In this document: positions 35,154 to 44,059 of the stretch, one piece after another
How the letters are laid out: each line of letters opens with the position of its first letter
Position numbering within the stretch: position 1 is the stretch's first letter
From: Verrucomicrobiota bacterium
GTDB lineage: Bacteria; Verrucomicrobiota; Verrucomicrobiia; Limisphaerales; J093
NCBI GenBank assembly: GCA_029907285.1
Contig: JARYMD010000001.1
Span: 1-44,059, forward strand
Length of the DNA: 44,059 nt
Reading direction: 5' to 3'
Program-made: the position numbers and the translations under genes
The notes under the pieces: generated by a model
Database searches by the model: none
What the model saw: only the letters and a program-made list of their open reading frames with translations
Told to the model about the DNA's origin: nothing

Positions 35154-36985
35154 GGGGAAACTCCGGCTGCCGGCGGAGTCGCAGTCAGCTCGCTTTGTAT
35201 TAGTTCGTACAATCTGGGTCGGAGCTCAAAGACAACAGGCGCGGTTTGCCCGTCAATGACCACTGCCGCATAGGCAGAGTTGCCAATGGGCGTGCGACGT
35301 CCCAATCGCACGGTGCGTTTTTCGGGTCTGTCAGCCACGGTCAACTCGAGTGTTATTTCATGGTCGATTGACGCGAATCCGTAGCGTGCGAGTTGTTCCT
35401 CGCCGCGAGCCACCCACTTTGCTGCGTGGAGACGACCCAATTGATACGCTGCTTCTTCAAGCGCGAAAGGGTTGATTTGTGACTGGGGCGAATCGGGCGC
35501 AATCGTCCACTGGGCCGGACCTGTGCGAAGCAGTTTTCTTGAGGCGCCCATTTGTCGGATTGTGATGGCTGTGATCTGGTTTGTACTGAAATCCCAGATC
35601 AACCTGTCGCGCAACTCGTACGCGGCTCGCGGGATGCGGCCCGTATCGAGCATGGTGACGACGGAGTTTTCGGAGTTGCGGCGGGCAAACAACTTGTAAG
35701 TGGTGGGCGCGCCGATGTCCAACTGAGCGATTGGCTGATTTGTGGCGGTGCCATTGGTGTTTGTGACTGTTGTTTCGAGTCTGTACCTGCGGCGGGGTGG
35801 ATCGAGGCCGTAAGGGGCAAAATCGGTGGCGACTTCGCGTTCGAACTCTATGAACTCGAGGTCGGCAAGCGAAGCGAGCATCTCCAGGACAAGGAGATGG
35901 TCCGCCGGAGCCGCATAAGGTGCGGTGATGGACCAGGACCTTTCGCCCTGTTTTTGGAGGACGAATTCCTCGTCCGCTTTCGCGACGATGCGCGTGACCT
36001 TTTCCACATCAAAAACCATCAGCCGTCGGTCACAGAAATCACGAAAACCGCCCAGCCACGGTTCGACTTCGGCGCGTGGCACAAGCACCACGTTTGAATT
36101 GGCAAGCCGGCGCGCAAATATCTGGTCCGGCGCATTTGTTGGACTGCGCCCGAACTGGAGGGTGAGAACCTCGTTTGTGCCACGGGCCAGAACGATTTCG
36201 CGCTCCGGCGGTTGCAGTCCGTAAGGTTCGAGGTCCGCCCGCGGATCGTCTGTGACGAACTTTGCGACCCGGACGAGGTCGAGCCTTTGGAGCAAGCCCT
36301 CGAGTTTCGCGCTGTTGGCGCGCAACGGGAGCGGACGCGTTATCTGCCAGGCGCGGTTCGTCGGGTCGCGGACCACTTCGAACCCGTTGGTAATGGGTTT
36401 GAACTCGATGCGGTTGAATTCCAGCCCTGCGAGATTGGCAAGCGCAGTGTCGCGCCACTGTTCCACGGACGCGGGGATGAGTGTTCTGACGCTGCCATCG
36501 ACGGTCACAAGGCCTTCACGGCCGACGACCTGGGCATACACCTCGCCGCCGAGTGGCGTTGTGGTCCCCAGCCGCAACTCATGTCTCGAGTTTTTTTGTT
36601 GCAGGACAACGGTGTTTGACGGGGGCTCCAACCCGAAAGCGCTGAGTGTGTTGCTTCGAGACAAAAGGTCGGATGCGGACAAAACCGTTCGCGACCTGAG
36701 GTTTGCCAGGCCATCGAGCAATCGTTCAACGCCTGCAGCTTGAGCTGGGTATCGAATCGGGAAAGTCAGTTCCCAGTGCTGGTTGGTTTGCTCGACTTTG
36801 AGCATCAGGTTGGTTTGCTGGAGAATCGTTATCGCGTCAACCTCCTGCGGAACCAGTGAGGGGATTACCAATGATTTGCTGAGTGCGAGTTCGTCAGCCG
36901 ATCTGCGCGGCCGCTCGTAGAAGAAAATGAACGCTGCCAGCGCAGCAGTGATCAGGATCAGCCATCGCGTGGTCGATGTATTCAT
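35150..36985 (-). CDS. DUF4340 domain protein (GldG-associated)
   Basis: This 611-aa protein has an N-terminal anchor, RWLILITAALAAFIFFY. Its repeated modular body and its position directly after a GldG-like gene are the usual context for DUF4340. Confidence 0.7.
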   Translation of the reverse strand: MNTSTTRWLILITAALAAFIFFYERPRRSADELALSKSLVIPSLVPQEVDAITILQQTNLMLKVEQTNQHWELTFPIRYPAQAAGVERLLDGLANLRSRTVLSASDLLSRSNTLSAFGLEPPSNTVVLQQKNSRHELRLGTTTPLGGEVYAQVVGREGLVTVDGSVRTLIPASVEQWRDTALANLAGLEFNRIEFKPITNGFEVVRDPTNRAWQITRPLPLRANSAKLEGLLQRLDLVRVAKFVTDDPRADLEPYGLQPPEREIVLARGTNEVLTLQFGRSPTNAPDQIFARRLANSNVVLVPRAEVEPWLGGFRDFCDRRLMVFDVEKVTRIVAKADEEFVLQKQGERSWSITAPYAAPADHLLVLEMLASLADLEFIEFEREVATDFAPYGLDPPRRRYRLETTVTNTNGTATNQPIAQLDIGAPTTYKLFARRNSENSVVTMLDTGRIPRAAYELRDRLIWDFSTNQITAITIRQMGASRKLLRTGPAQWTIAPDSPQSQINPFALEEAAYQLGRLHAAKWVARGEEQLARYGFASIDHEITLELTVADRPEKRTVRLGRRTPIGNSAYAAVVIDGQTAPVVFELRPRLYELIQSELTATPPAAGVSP

Positions 36986-36987
36986 CC

Positions 36988-38487
36988 TTAACGACGTCGT
37001 TTAAACCAGACTACCAGGCCGATCACAAGGGGCACGCCGGGCATCACAAGGACGAGCATCCATGTCAGGCGCCACAATGCTGTTTTTGGCAGCGTGATGC
37101 TGAACTCTCGGAGCGGGCGCGGCGGTATGCCGGCCAGTTGCGTGGGCCGATCAAGGAGCCAATTGATCGCGAGGTTCGCAAAACCGAGGTTGCCGGAGGC
37201 TTTCAGGATGGTTTCATTCGCAAGGAAAATTGATTCCCCTGCCACCACTATTCGCGTGGCGCTTTTGTCGGCGCCAACTCCTCTTATGCTGCCTTTGTCA
37301 ACTGCGACAGCAAGAGGAATGGTCCCGTGCCGGTCTCTGACAGGATTCGAGCGTGCGACGCCGGATTCTGAGAGTTCGCTTGCGGTGAAACCCTCCGTGC
37401 TGGTTGCGAAAAGCGGCTCTGCGCGTGGTGCGTCGGCGCTTTGCCCGGGCGTGGTTGTCGGGTCCACCGGCCGCGCCAGCACGACGTAGATGGCTTCGCC
37501 GCGGAGCGGTTTGACAATCGGATGCATGGAAAAGTTTGTGCAGATTATGCCGCCGCCAACGACTGTGTTGTTTTTGTCGAATGCAAACTGCCGTCCCACG
37601 GCCACGCCCCATGCGGCAAGGAGCGGTTCCAACCCGGTGTCGCTTTGGCCTGACCTGATCAGACTCAACAATGCGAGGAGGCGCCCGCCGCGATTCAGAT
37701 AACGTCCTATGCGCTCGACTTCATCCTGGCTGATGCGGCCTTTTGGTCCTGCGATCATGAGCACCTGGCAATCTTCAGGGACATCGCTTGTCCCGCTGAG
37801 CCACAATGGAAGCGCCTGAATGTTCTTTTGTGCCAGCAACTGGGCGAATCTGGAATAACCGAATTTCGTTTCCGTGCTGGCGAGGTCGTGCTCGCCGTGT
37901 CCCTGGAGGTAGTAAAGCTTTTGGGACCGCTGATCCAGAAGGCCGCCAATTGCAGTTGTGAAAAGGGCTTCGCCTTTGAACGCGATTCGCTTGATTTCGC
38001 GGCTTGGAGTAAGCGCACCGGTCAGATCGTAATCTGAAAGTTCGGTGTCGCGTATCAGGCGTGCACGCCCGCCGTACTCGATTATCACAAGGTCGGTCTC
38101 GGTTGGGGCGAGCTGATGCCGGGTCATGAGAGTTTGAGCGCGGGCGAGGTCGCGCTTGTAATCCACATGCTCGACAACGAGGTTGGCGCACTGGTTGCGG
38201 TATTCTTTCAACAAACCCATTACAGGTCCGTAGAGCGGGTTGTTGCGATCGAACATGACGGTGACGTGAACCTCGTTGGTAACGGCTGCGAGCACGAGTT
38301 TTGTTGCGTCGCTGAGCCCGGTCAGGGCCTGTTCGCCCAAGTACCATCTCTTGTAATGTCGTGTTGCGAGGTAGTTGATCATGGCTGCAAGCGCCAGCAC
38401 GGCAACAATTGATATCCCGACGTTCAAGCCGATCTTGGCGCGGCTCGATGTCGAGAATCCACTTGTTACGTTGTTTTGTGCGGCCAT
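36988..38487 (-). CDS. GldG-like auxiliary component of an ABC-type transport system
   Basis: It has N- and C-terminal TM anchors (IGLNVGISIVAVLALAAMI and WRLTWMLVLVMPGVPLVIGLVVW) flanking a large periplasmic domain. The ATG at 38487 has GGAGG 10 nt upstream. The ORF-track TTG start is at 38517. Confidence 0.8.
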   Translation of the reverse strand: MAAQNNVTSGFSTSSRAKIGLNVGISIVAVLALAAMINYLATRHYKRWYLGEQALTGLSDATKLVLAAVTNEVHVTVMFDRNNPLYGPVMGLLKEYRNQCANLVVEHVDYKRDLARAQTLMTRHQLAPTETDLVIIEYGGRARLIRDTELSDYDLTGALTPSREIKRIAFKGEALFTTAIGGLLDQRSQKLYYLQGHGEHDLASTETKFGYSRFAQLLAQKNIQALPLWLSGTSDVPEDCQVLMIAGPKGRISQDEVERIGRYLNRGGRLLALLSLIRSGQSDTGLEPLLAAWGVAVGRQFAFDKNNTVVGGGIICTNFSMHPIVKPLRGEAIYVVLARPVDPTTTPGQSADAPRAEPLFATSTEGFTASELSESGVARSNPVRDRHGTIPLAVAVDKGSIRGVGADKSATRIVVAGESIFLANETILKASGNLGFANLAINWLLDRPTQLAGIPPRPLREFSITLPKTALWRLTWMLVLVMPGVPLVIGLVVWFKRRR

Positions 38488-38494
38488 TGTCAAA

Positions 38495-39247
38495 CTACCT
38501 CCAGCGGCGGCCTTCAACCACCTTCAACGTCAGGAAAAGGCAAATCCCCGTGAGAGTCAGATAGAACACAATGTGACGTGTATCCACCACGCCCCGAACG
38601 AAATCCTCCATGTGATCGAACATCGAGGTGTAGGTTGCCACCTGAGCTGCAAAGCCGCTTCGTTGTCCGACGCTGAATCTCAGGAAACTCAGCAGGAAAA
38701 GGGAGACGCCCATGGCAAAACTTGTCATGGCAGCGATGATCTGACTGCGCGTAAGAGCGGATGCGAGGCAGCCAATGGCGATGTACAGACTGCCGATCAA
38801 CAGAATGCCAATGTAGGTGCTGATGACCGGCCACCGGTCAAATTCGAGCCCTGCGGCGGTGTAATGGTGAACAAGCCGCAAGCAACTCGCGAGCGGCAGC
38901 CACATCACAAGGTAGAACAGAAACGCGGCGGTGAACTTCGCCAGCACGACCTGGCCGTCGCCAACCGGCGCGGTCATCAAGGTTTCGAATGTTCCTGTTG
39001 CACGCTCCATTGCGAACAGGCGCATGGTAATCACGGGCGTTGCCACCAAAACTATCAGCCAAAAAAACATCGTCCCATAAAACAGCTCCGTCAAAGGCAC
39101 GTCTATGGTGTCGCCGTTGTAAGCAAGCAACATGACGGCAAACCCTAGTCCGAGCAAGATGAGCGCGCCGGCTATGATGACGTAACCTGTCAGAGACAGG
39201 AAATAACATCCAAGTTCACGGCGCAGTAGAATCAGGTAGTTGTGCAT
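38495..39247 (-). CDS. ABC-2 type transporter permease (GldF-like)
   Basis: This 250-aa protein has six hydrophobic segments. It lies directly downstream of the ATPase, and its start shares a base with the ATPase stop codon. Confidence 0.8.
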   Translation of the reverse strand: MHNYLILLRRELGCYFLSLTGYVIIAGALILLGLGFAVMLLAYNGDTIDVPLTELFYGTMFFWLIVLVATPVITMRLFAMERATGTFETLMTAPVGDGQVVLAKFTAAFLFYLVMWLPLASCLRLVHHYTAAGLEFDRWPVISTYIGILLIGSLYIAIGCLASALTRSQIIAAMTSFAMGVSLFLLSFLRFSVGQRSGFAAQVATYTSMFDHMEDFVRGVVDTRHIVFYLTLTGICLFLTLKVVEGRRWR

Positions 39248-40251
39248 CAGCTTTCCTCCTCATCCCGGTCGGGCCGTGTCACGCGCACAAAGACATCCTC
39301 GAGCGAGTGCCGGCTCAATGTGAGTTCGCGAAGGCGCCATCCGTGTGTCCGCACGAGGTCGAATATGGCCGGTCTCAAGTCCAGGCCGGTGCGTGGCACG
39401 ATCGTGCACCGGCAGTAGCCGCTGTCTGTCGGGCTGATGTCATGGTATTCGATGTCCTGGTTTTGTTTGAAGCATGCCTCAAGTTCGTCGAATGGGGCAG
39501 CGATCTCGGCCAGGACCTGGGACGCGCCGCTGAGCCGTTGCTGGAGGTTCTGTGTGCTGTCAGCGGCAAGGACGCGGCCGTTGTGCAGGATCACAACCCG
39601 CTGGCAGGTCATTTCGACCTCGGGAAGAATATGCGACGAGAGCAGGATTGTATGATCCTTGCCGAGCTCGAGTATCAATTGCCTGACTGCGCGGATCTGG
39701 TGCGGGTCAAGGCCGATTGTGGGCTCGTCAAGAATTATCAATTGCGGCTGGTGCACAAGCGCGTCTGCAAGCCCCACTCGTTGGCGGTACCCTTTGGACA
39801 GGCTCCCTATCACTTGCGAGCTCACTTCAGTCAATCCACAGCGTTCGGTCACCTCATCCACGCGAGCGCGGCTTTCTTGAATTGAAAGTCCCTTGAGCCG
39901 GGCGCGAAACTTCAGATACTCGCGCACGCGCATGTCATGGTAGAGCGGATTGTTCTCGGGCATGTAGCCGATGCGACGCCGCACCTGGTCGGATTCCTTG
40001 AACACGTCCAGTCCCGACACCCGGGCCACACCGGAGGTTGCCGGCATGAAACAGGCAAGAATACGCATGATCGTTGTTTTGCCCGCGCCGTTTGGCCCGA
40101 GCAAACCGACGATTTCGCCCTCGCCGACGGTGAAGGTGACATCATGAACCGCAGCTCGCCGGCCGTACAGCTTCGTGAGGTTTTCCACCTCAATCATCGG
40201 CCGCGCTTCTGCGCTGTCCGTCATGACATTCTGTTTCGGAGTCCAGGTCAC
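39247..40251 (-). CDS. ABC transporter ATP-binding protein (GldA-like)
   Basis: It carries Walker A (GPNGAGKTT), the signature motif (LSKGYRQRV) and Walker B (LIILDEPTIGLD). The start is uncertain: GTG at 40251, ATG at 40224, or ATG at 40197. Confidence 0.9.
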   Translation of the reverse strand: MTWTPKQNVMTDSAEARPMIEVENLTKLYGRRAAVHDVTFTVGEGEIVGLLGPNGAGKTTIMRILACFMPATSGVARVSGLDVFKESDQVRRRIGYMPENNPLYHDMRVREYLKFRARLKGLSIQESRARVDEVTERCGLTEVSSQVIGSLSKGYRQRVGLADALVHQPQLIILDEPTIGLDPHQIRAVRQLILELGKDHTILLSSHILPEVEMTCQRVVILHNGRVLAADSTQNLQQRLSGASQVLAEIAAPFDELEACFKQNQDIEYHDISPTDSGYCRCTIVPRTGLDLRPAIFDLVRTHGWRLRELTLSRHSLEDVFVRVTRPDRDEEES

Positions 40252-40595
40252 ATCAGTTCCAACTCATGCCCAAGCGTTGTTCAATGTGCGTGTCGCAACT
40301 GAAGCCCACTTGCCGGCTTGCAGATCACATCCCACATCTCATGCCGTCGGCCTGACAGTGTCACCACGCCCCGAACGGCGTTGGGAGCGACCGCCACATT
40401 TTCGGATTAAACGCGGTCAAGTTCAAGGCCGACCACACGAACTTGAATCTGACCTGTGCACACTGCAGACTTGACATTGTCGAATCAAGGACACAAAAGA
40501 AAAACAAGGATGTCTTTCCCATCAAGCATTCGAACGCGGAAAGCGCGTCAAACCGCGCCCAACCCCGTTCTGTTGACAAGGAGGGTATTGACACA

Positions 40596-41987
40596 ATGCC
40601 ACCAAACGAACGTCTCATCCAACGCATCTGGCTCGAACAACGTCTCAGACGCAACGCGCTGCGAACATTCGACGGCAGAACCATCACGATCCTTCATCCC
40701 GGCATTTGGAATCATGAATCCGGACCCGACTTTCGACAAGCAATCATCCAGTTCAACGACGAGCCGCCAGTCACGGGCGACGTCGAGGTCGATCTTTCCC
40801 AGCGCAGTTGGCACGAGCACGGGCACGACATTGATCCCGCCTATCGCAAAGTGATTCTCCATGTTGTCTGGGAACCGGACAAACCGCCTGCCTCGGGACC
40901 GGCAACCCTTGCCTTGAGCAGCGTGTTGGACGCACCAATAACCGAACTCATCGAGCAGTTCGCCAACAGCGCAGGCAATCTTCCGCCTCCTGTTCAAGCC
41001 GGCGCATGTTCCGATCCACTGCATCGTCTTGTTCCGGCGCAGGGAGTTGAGCTGGTCACACAGGCCGCGCGCCGACGGCTCAACGCCAAGGCAAAAGCCA
41101 TGCGGGCGCGCGCCCGCCACGTTGGCTGGGAACAGGCGCTGTGGGAAGGGCTCTTCGCGGCGCTCGGATACAAGAATAACGTCTGGCCAATGCGGCGTCT
41201 TGCCGAATTGCTGCCCGCATTGCCCACAACCTGTTCCGGCTCTGACACTGCGTTCCTGACGTGGCAGTCACGCCTCCTTGGGCTCGCCGGACTTTTACCC
41301 GCTGATTTCCGCCGGCTTCCCCCGGACACCAGAGCTTATGTCCGACGCCTCTGGGACGAATGGTGGCGCGAACAGGCCGCGCTCGCTCCTTGCATCCTGC
41401 CGCCTTCGCTGTGGCACATGCACGGTCTGCGGCCTGCAAACCAACCAGCACGCCGGCTCGCACTTGCAGCCTCTTGGCTTTCAACCCCCGGTTGGATCAA
41501 TCAGCTCGACGGCTGGATCGCAGAAGAAACCCCCGATCGCCAACTGCTCGAATCGCTCTGCGCCCGGATTTCAGCGCAACCGGATGAATTCTGGGCGTGG
41601 CACTGGACATTCCGGTCAAAGCGATCGGCAAAACCGCATCCCCTCATTGGGGCGCCGCGATTGACCGACCTCGCAATGAATGTCCTTCTGCCGTGGTTTT
41701 GGAGCCGGGCCGAGGCGGGAGGGAATCGCGATTTGCGGGAGTTGATCGAGCACCGCTACTTCGCATGGCCTGCCGGCGAGGACAACGCGGTTCTAAGACT
41801 CGTTCGCCAAAGACTCATGGGCGACGAAAAACTGCAACTGCCGCGCACCGCCGCAATGCAGCAGGGTCTCATTCAACTGGCGCGCGATTACTGTGACCAG
41901 TCAAACGTCCTCTGCGAGGAATGTGAACTTCCCGATCTGCTGCGTGCCATGGGAAAGACCGATCTCAGGGCAGCTTCCGCGCCATGA
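40596..41987 (+). CDS. DUF2851 family protein
   Basis: The ATG at 40596 has AAGGAGGG 11 nt upstream. The N-terminus reads ERLIQRIWLEQRLRRNALRTFDGRTITILHPGIWNHESGPDFRQA...GDVEVDL..SWHEHGH, which is the DUF2851 pattern as I recall it. Confidence 0.75.
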   Translation: MPPNERLIQRIWLEQRLRRNALRTFDGRTITILHPGIWNHESGPDFRQAIIQFNDEPPVTGDVEVDLSQRSWHEHGHDIDPAYRKVILHVVWEPDKPPASGPATLALSSVLDAPITELIEQFANSAGNLPPPVQAGACSDPLHRLVPAQGVELVTQAARRRLNAKAKAMRARARHVGWEQALWEGLFAALGYKNNVWPMRRLAELLPALPTTCSGSDTAFLTWQSRLLGLAGLLPADFRRLPPDTRAYVRRLWDEWWREQAALAPCILPPSLWHMHGLRPANQPARRLALAASWLSTPGWINQLDGWIAEETPDRQLLESLCARISAQPDEFWAWHWTFRSKRSAKPHPLIGAPRLTDLAMNVLLPWFWSRAEAGGNRDLRELIEHRYFAWPAGEDNAVLRLVRQRLMGDEKLQLPRTAAMQQGLIQLARDYCDQSNVLCEECELPDLLRAMGKTDLRAASAP

Positions 41988-42609
41988 ATATGACACCGGC
42001 AGGAGTGTTTTCTGACCGCGGCAGGTCGAAGAACCCCATTTTCTGATAAAACCTGTAAGCGCGCGTGTTGACCGCACTGAGCCCAAGGTGGACACCCGGC
42101 GAGCCAAGCTTGACGAGTTTGGCAATGAGATGTTCAACCATCTTCCGTCCCAATCCACGGCCTTGCGCTCGCGGCAGGAGATCGATGTGCATGTGCGATG
42201 GATAGGGGCGAAATGCCTCCGGGTAATAATACTGCGGGTTGTGGTATTCGTAATACAGTTGCTGGGTTGGTGTCCACGACGCAGGATCGCCGGTCGGCGC
42301 CGGATGGCGGGCTCGCAACGGCGGAAGCCATGCCCGAATCACCCGCCGGTAAAAACGCTCGGAATCAAGGGCGCCGAGCACGTAGCCACAGATGCCCGCC
42401 TGGTCCTCGAGGACATAGGCCAGCTCGGGCTCGAACATTATGTAAGGCCCGACATAGATGTTGCCCAGTGCAGCCGGATCGTCGGAGTAAAGCGCGGTGC
42501 CGTCGTTCCCTGAATCGCCGGTTTTCAGGCAGACCTCGTATGCGCCGGGCAAGTCGCGGGGCGTTGCCTGGCGTATTTGGAAAGCTGAATTTTGATCGGA
42601 TACGTCCAT
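41965..42609 (-). CDS. GNAT family N-acetyltransferase
   Basis: The acetyl-CoA binding motif is RAQGRGLGRKMVEHL, followed by NTRAYRFYQKMGF. The ATG at 42609 gives MDVSDQNSAFQIRQAT. The 3' end overlaps the DUF2851 gene by 23 nt, in convergent orientation. Confidence 0.8.
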   Translation of the reverse strand: MDVSDQNSAFQIRQATPRDLPGAYEVCLKTGDSGNDGTALYSDDPAALGNIYVGPYIMFEPELAYVLEDQAGICGYVLGALDSERFYRRVIRAWLPPLRARHPAPTGDPASWTPTQQLYYEYHNPQYYYPEAFRPYPSHMHIDLLPRAQGRGLGRKMVEHLIAKLVKLGSPGVHLGLSAVNTRAYRFYQKMGFFDLPRSENTPAGVIFMARKLP

Positions 42610-42651
42610 GTTTGGTTTGGTTAACGGGTGGCTGCTCGAATCCAATCCTTG

Positions 42652-42677
42652 CTGCGCGGGCTGCATGACCCGCGCAG
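42652..42677 (-). terminator. GC-rich hairpin downstream of the Gfo/Idh/MocA gene (weak terminator candidate)
   Basis: CTGCGCGGG-ctgcatga-CCCGCGCAG forms a perfect 9-bp stem. There is no clear U tract afterwards on the minus strand. Confidence 0.3.
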
Positions 42678-42735
42678 AGACCAACCGGCGCAGGGGTCAT
42701 TGCCTGCAGATTTGGACCTTACCATGGCTGCCGGC

Positions 42736-44059
42736 TCACGCAGGCCAGCCGGGCCTGTTCTGTCGCCTCACGAATTTGCCGGCTTCGGGGCAATTGGGCG
42801 AGAGCATGTTGGGGCCGTCCCATTCCATTCTCCTGCCCACACCCACGCGCAGAGCAATGCAACCCAGAAGAATGATTTCAGTGAGGTAGGCGGCAATGTC
42901 GAAGTTTGAATAAGCCGGGGTGCCGTCCCGCATCATTCTAAACCATTCTTCCACGTGGCCTGGCGACCGCGGGATTGTCTGCGGCACAGCCTTGACGGCC
43001 TCGTGATTGTTGCCCGAGACGTATTCCTTTTCGCCTGCGAGCATGACGTAGAACTGCGACCCGTAATCGTCAGGTGAAAACAGTTTTCCCTTGTCGCCGA
43101 TCAGCAGGCAACCGCTGCCCGGAAGTCCGCCGCGCATTTCGGCAATTTCCTTTGTCAATTCTGGATTCGGCCGCAAAGGTTGCACTGATTTATCGGACGG
43201 GTTGCCGTCGTACCACCAGAACTTCAGTGGGACCATGTCTTCCCGGGCCGGGAATTCGAACCTGATGCGGGATGTTTTCGGGAAAGTCTCGGGGAAAAGA
43301 GTCGAGGTCTCCTCGCATTCGACGACATTTGGATAACCCAGCTTGAGGGCGCGGAAAGGCATGTTGACAGTGTGACATGCCATGTCGCCAAGCGCGCCGG
43401 TGCCGAAGTCGTACCATCCACGCCATGCGAAGCTGTGGTACACGCCTTTCTTGTAAGGCCGCATTGGTGCGGGGCCGATCCAAAGGTCCCAGTCCAGTTC
43501 AGGCGGCACCGGGTCTTCGCCCTCGGGCCTGTTGATTCCCTGGGGCCAGACAGGACGGTTTGACCAGACGTGCAGTTCGCGGACCGGGCCGATAACGCCT
43601 GCCTGAACGACCTCGACAGCACGACGCAGGCCGCTGCCGGCGCTGCCCTGGTTGCCCATCTGAGTGGCCAGCTTTTTCTCCCCGGCCAGTTGCCGGAGCA
43701 AGCGCGCTTCGGCGACGGTTTGTGTCAGCGGTTTTTGACAGAACACGTGTTTGCCCATGCGCATCGCCATTGCAGAGGCGACACCATGGACATGATCCGG
43801 CGTCGAGACTGTTACCGCGTCGATTTCCTTTTCCATTTCCTCGAGCATCTTTCGGAAATCGGCGTAGAGTTTTGCCTGAGGATACTTTTGAGCCTTTTTC
43901 CTGAGGGTGTTTGCGTCCACATCACAAAGAGCGACAACAGCAGCGCCCGAACGCGCCGCCCCGTCGGTGTCGCTGTCGCCTTTGCCGCCGACGCCTATGC
44001 AGGCCACACGAATTTTTTCATTGGCGCCGAGGACACTGCCCGCGTGGGGAAAACCAAAC
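42736..44059 (-). CDS. Gfo/Idh/MocA family oxidoreductase; the N-terminus runs off the right edge of the window
   Basis: The Rossmann motif KIRVACIGVGGKG spans the ORF-track GTG start at 44007. The frame stays open to base 44059 (FGFPHAGSVLGANEKIRV...), so the true start, and probably a Tat signal, lies outside the window. Confidence 0.85.
   Translation of the reverse strand, partial: FGFPHAGSVLGANEKIRVACIGVGGKGDSDTDGAARSGAAVVALCDVDANTLRKKAQKYPQAKLYADFRKMLEEMEKEIDAVTVSTPDHVHGVASAMAMRMGKHVFCQKPLTQTVAEARLLRQLAGEKKLATQMGNQGSAGSGLRRAVEVVQAGVIGPVRELHVWSNRPVWPQGINRPEGEDPVPPELDWDLWIGPAPMRPYKKGVYHSFAWRGWYDFGTGALGDMACHTVNMPFRALKLGYPNVVECEETSTLFPETFPKTSRIRFEFPAREDMVPLKFWWYDGNPSDKSVQPLRPNPELTKEIAEMRGGLPGSGCLLIGDKGKLFSPDDYGSQFYVMLAGEKEYVSGNNHEAVKAVPQTIPRSPGHVEEWFRMMRDGTPAYSNFDIAAYLTEIILLGCIALRVGVGRRMEWDGPNMLSPNCPEAGKFVRRQNRPGWPA

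Overview
This is a 44 kb GC-rich chromosomal window. Gene content suggests a PVC-group bacterium, most likely Verrucomicrobiota-like: an H-X9-DG pseudopilin, a PEP-CTERM protein with autotransporter-associated beta-strand repeats, Tat-signal glycosidase and oxidoreductase genes, and a GldG/DUF4340 operon. I found no rRNA, tRNA, CRISPR array, intact mobile element or recognisable defence system.

Most of the window is housekeeping, envelope and carbohydrate metabolism. Left to right:
- An edge-truncated secreted RCC1-repeat protein, absent from the ORF track.
- A small ORF with only a transposase-N-terminal-like domain, a secreted hypothetical protein, and an alpha/beta hydrolase.
- lptD, a Tat-exported GH116 glycosidase carrying an inserted beta-sandwich module, and a PPi-type phosphofructokinase.
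- A pseudopilin, then a complete compact hoxEFUYHW operon (bidirectional NAD-linked NiFe hydrogenase).
- A DUF4272-like gene and a FIST sensor gene whose stop overlaps the trmB start.
- Three small membrane or unknown genes, gdhA, the PEP-CTERM protein, tyrS, a PfkB sugar kinase and an isochorismatase-family hydrolase.
- A tightly coupled minus-strand operon: ABC ATPase, ABC-2 permease, GldG-like, DUF4340, and a 1057-aa AsmA/TamB-like protein.
- DUF2851, a GNAT acetyltransferase, and an edge-truncated Gfo/Idh/MocA oxidoreductase.

The signals that genes do not explain are:
- Several families of short dispersed hairpin or palindromic repeats. They fill intergenic regions as shuffled mosaics, and one 65-nt double-palindrome element occurs three times.
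- A 13-nt tandem repeat inside a small ORF, where copy-number change would shift the reading frame.
- A roughly 700-nt ORF-free divergent region with a perfect 14-bp palindrome and a duplicated AT-rich promoter-like box.

The best candidate for an uncharacterised system is the ABC/GldG/DUF4340/AsmA-like operon. All functional calls come from reading motifs by eye; no database search was run.
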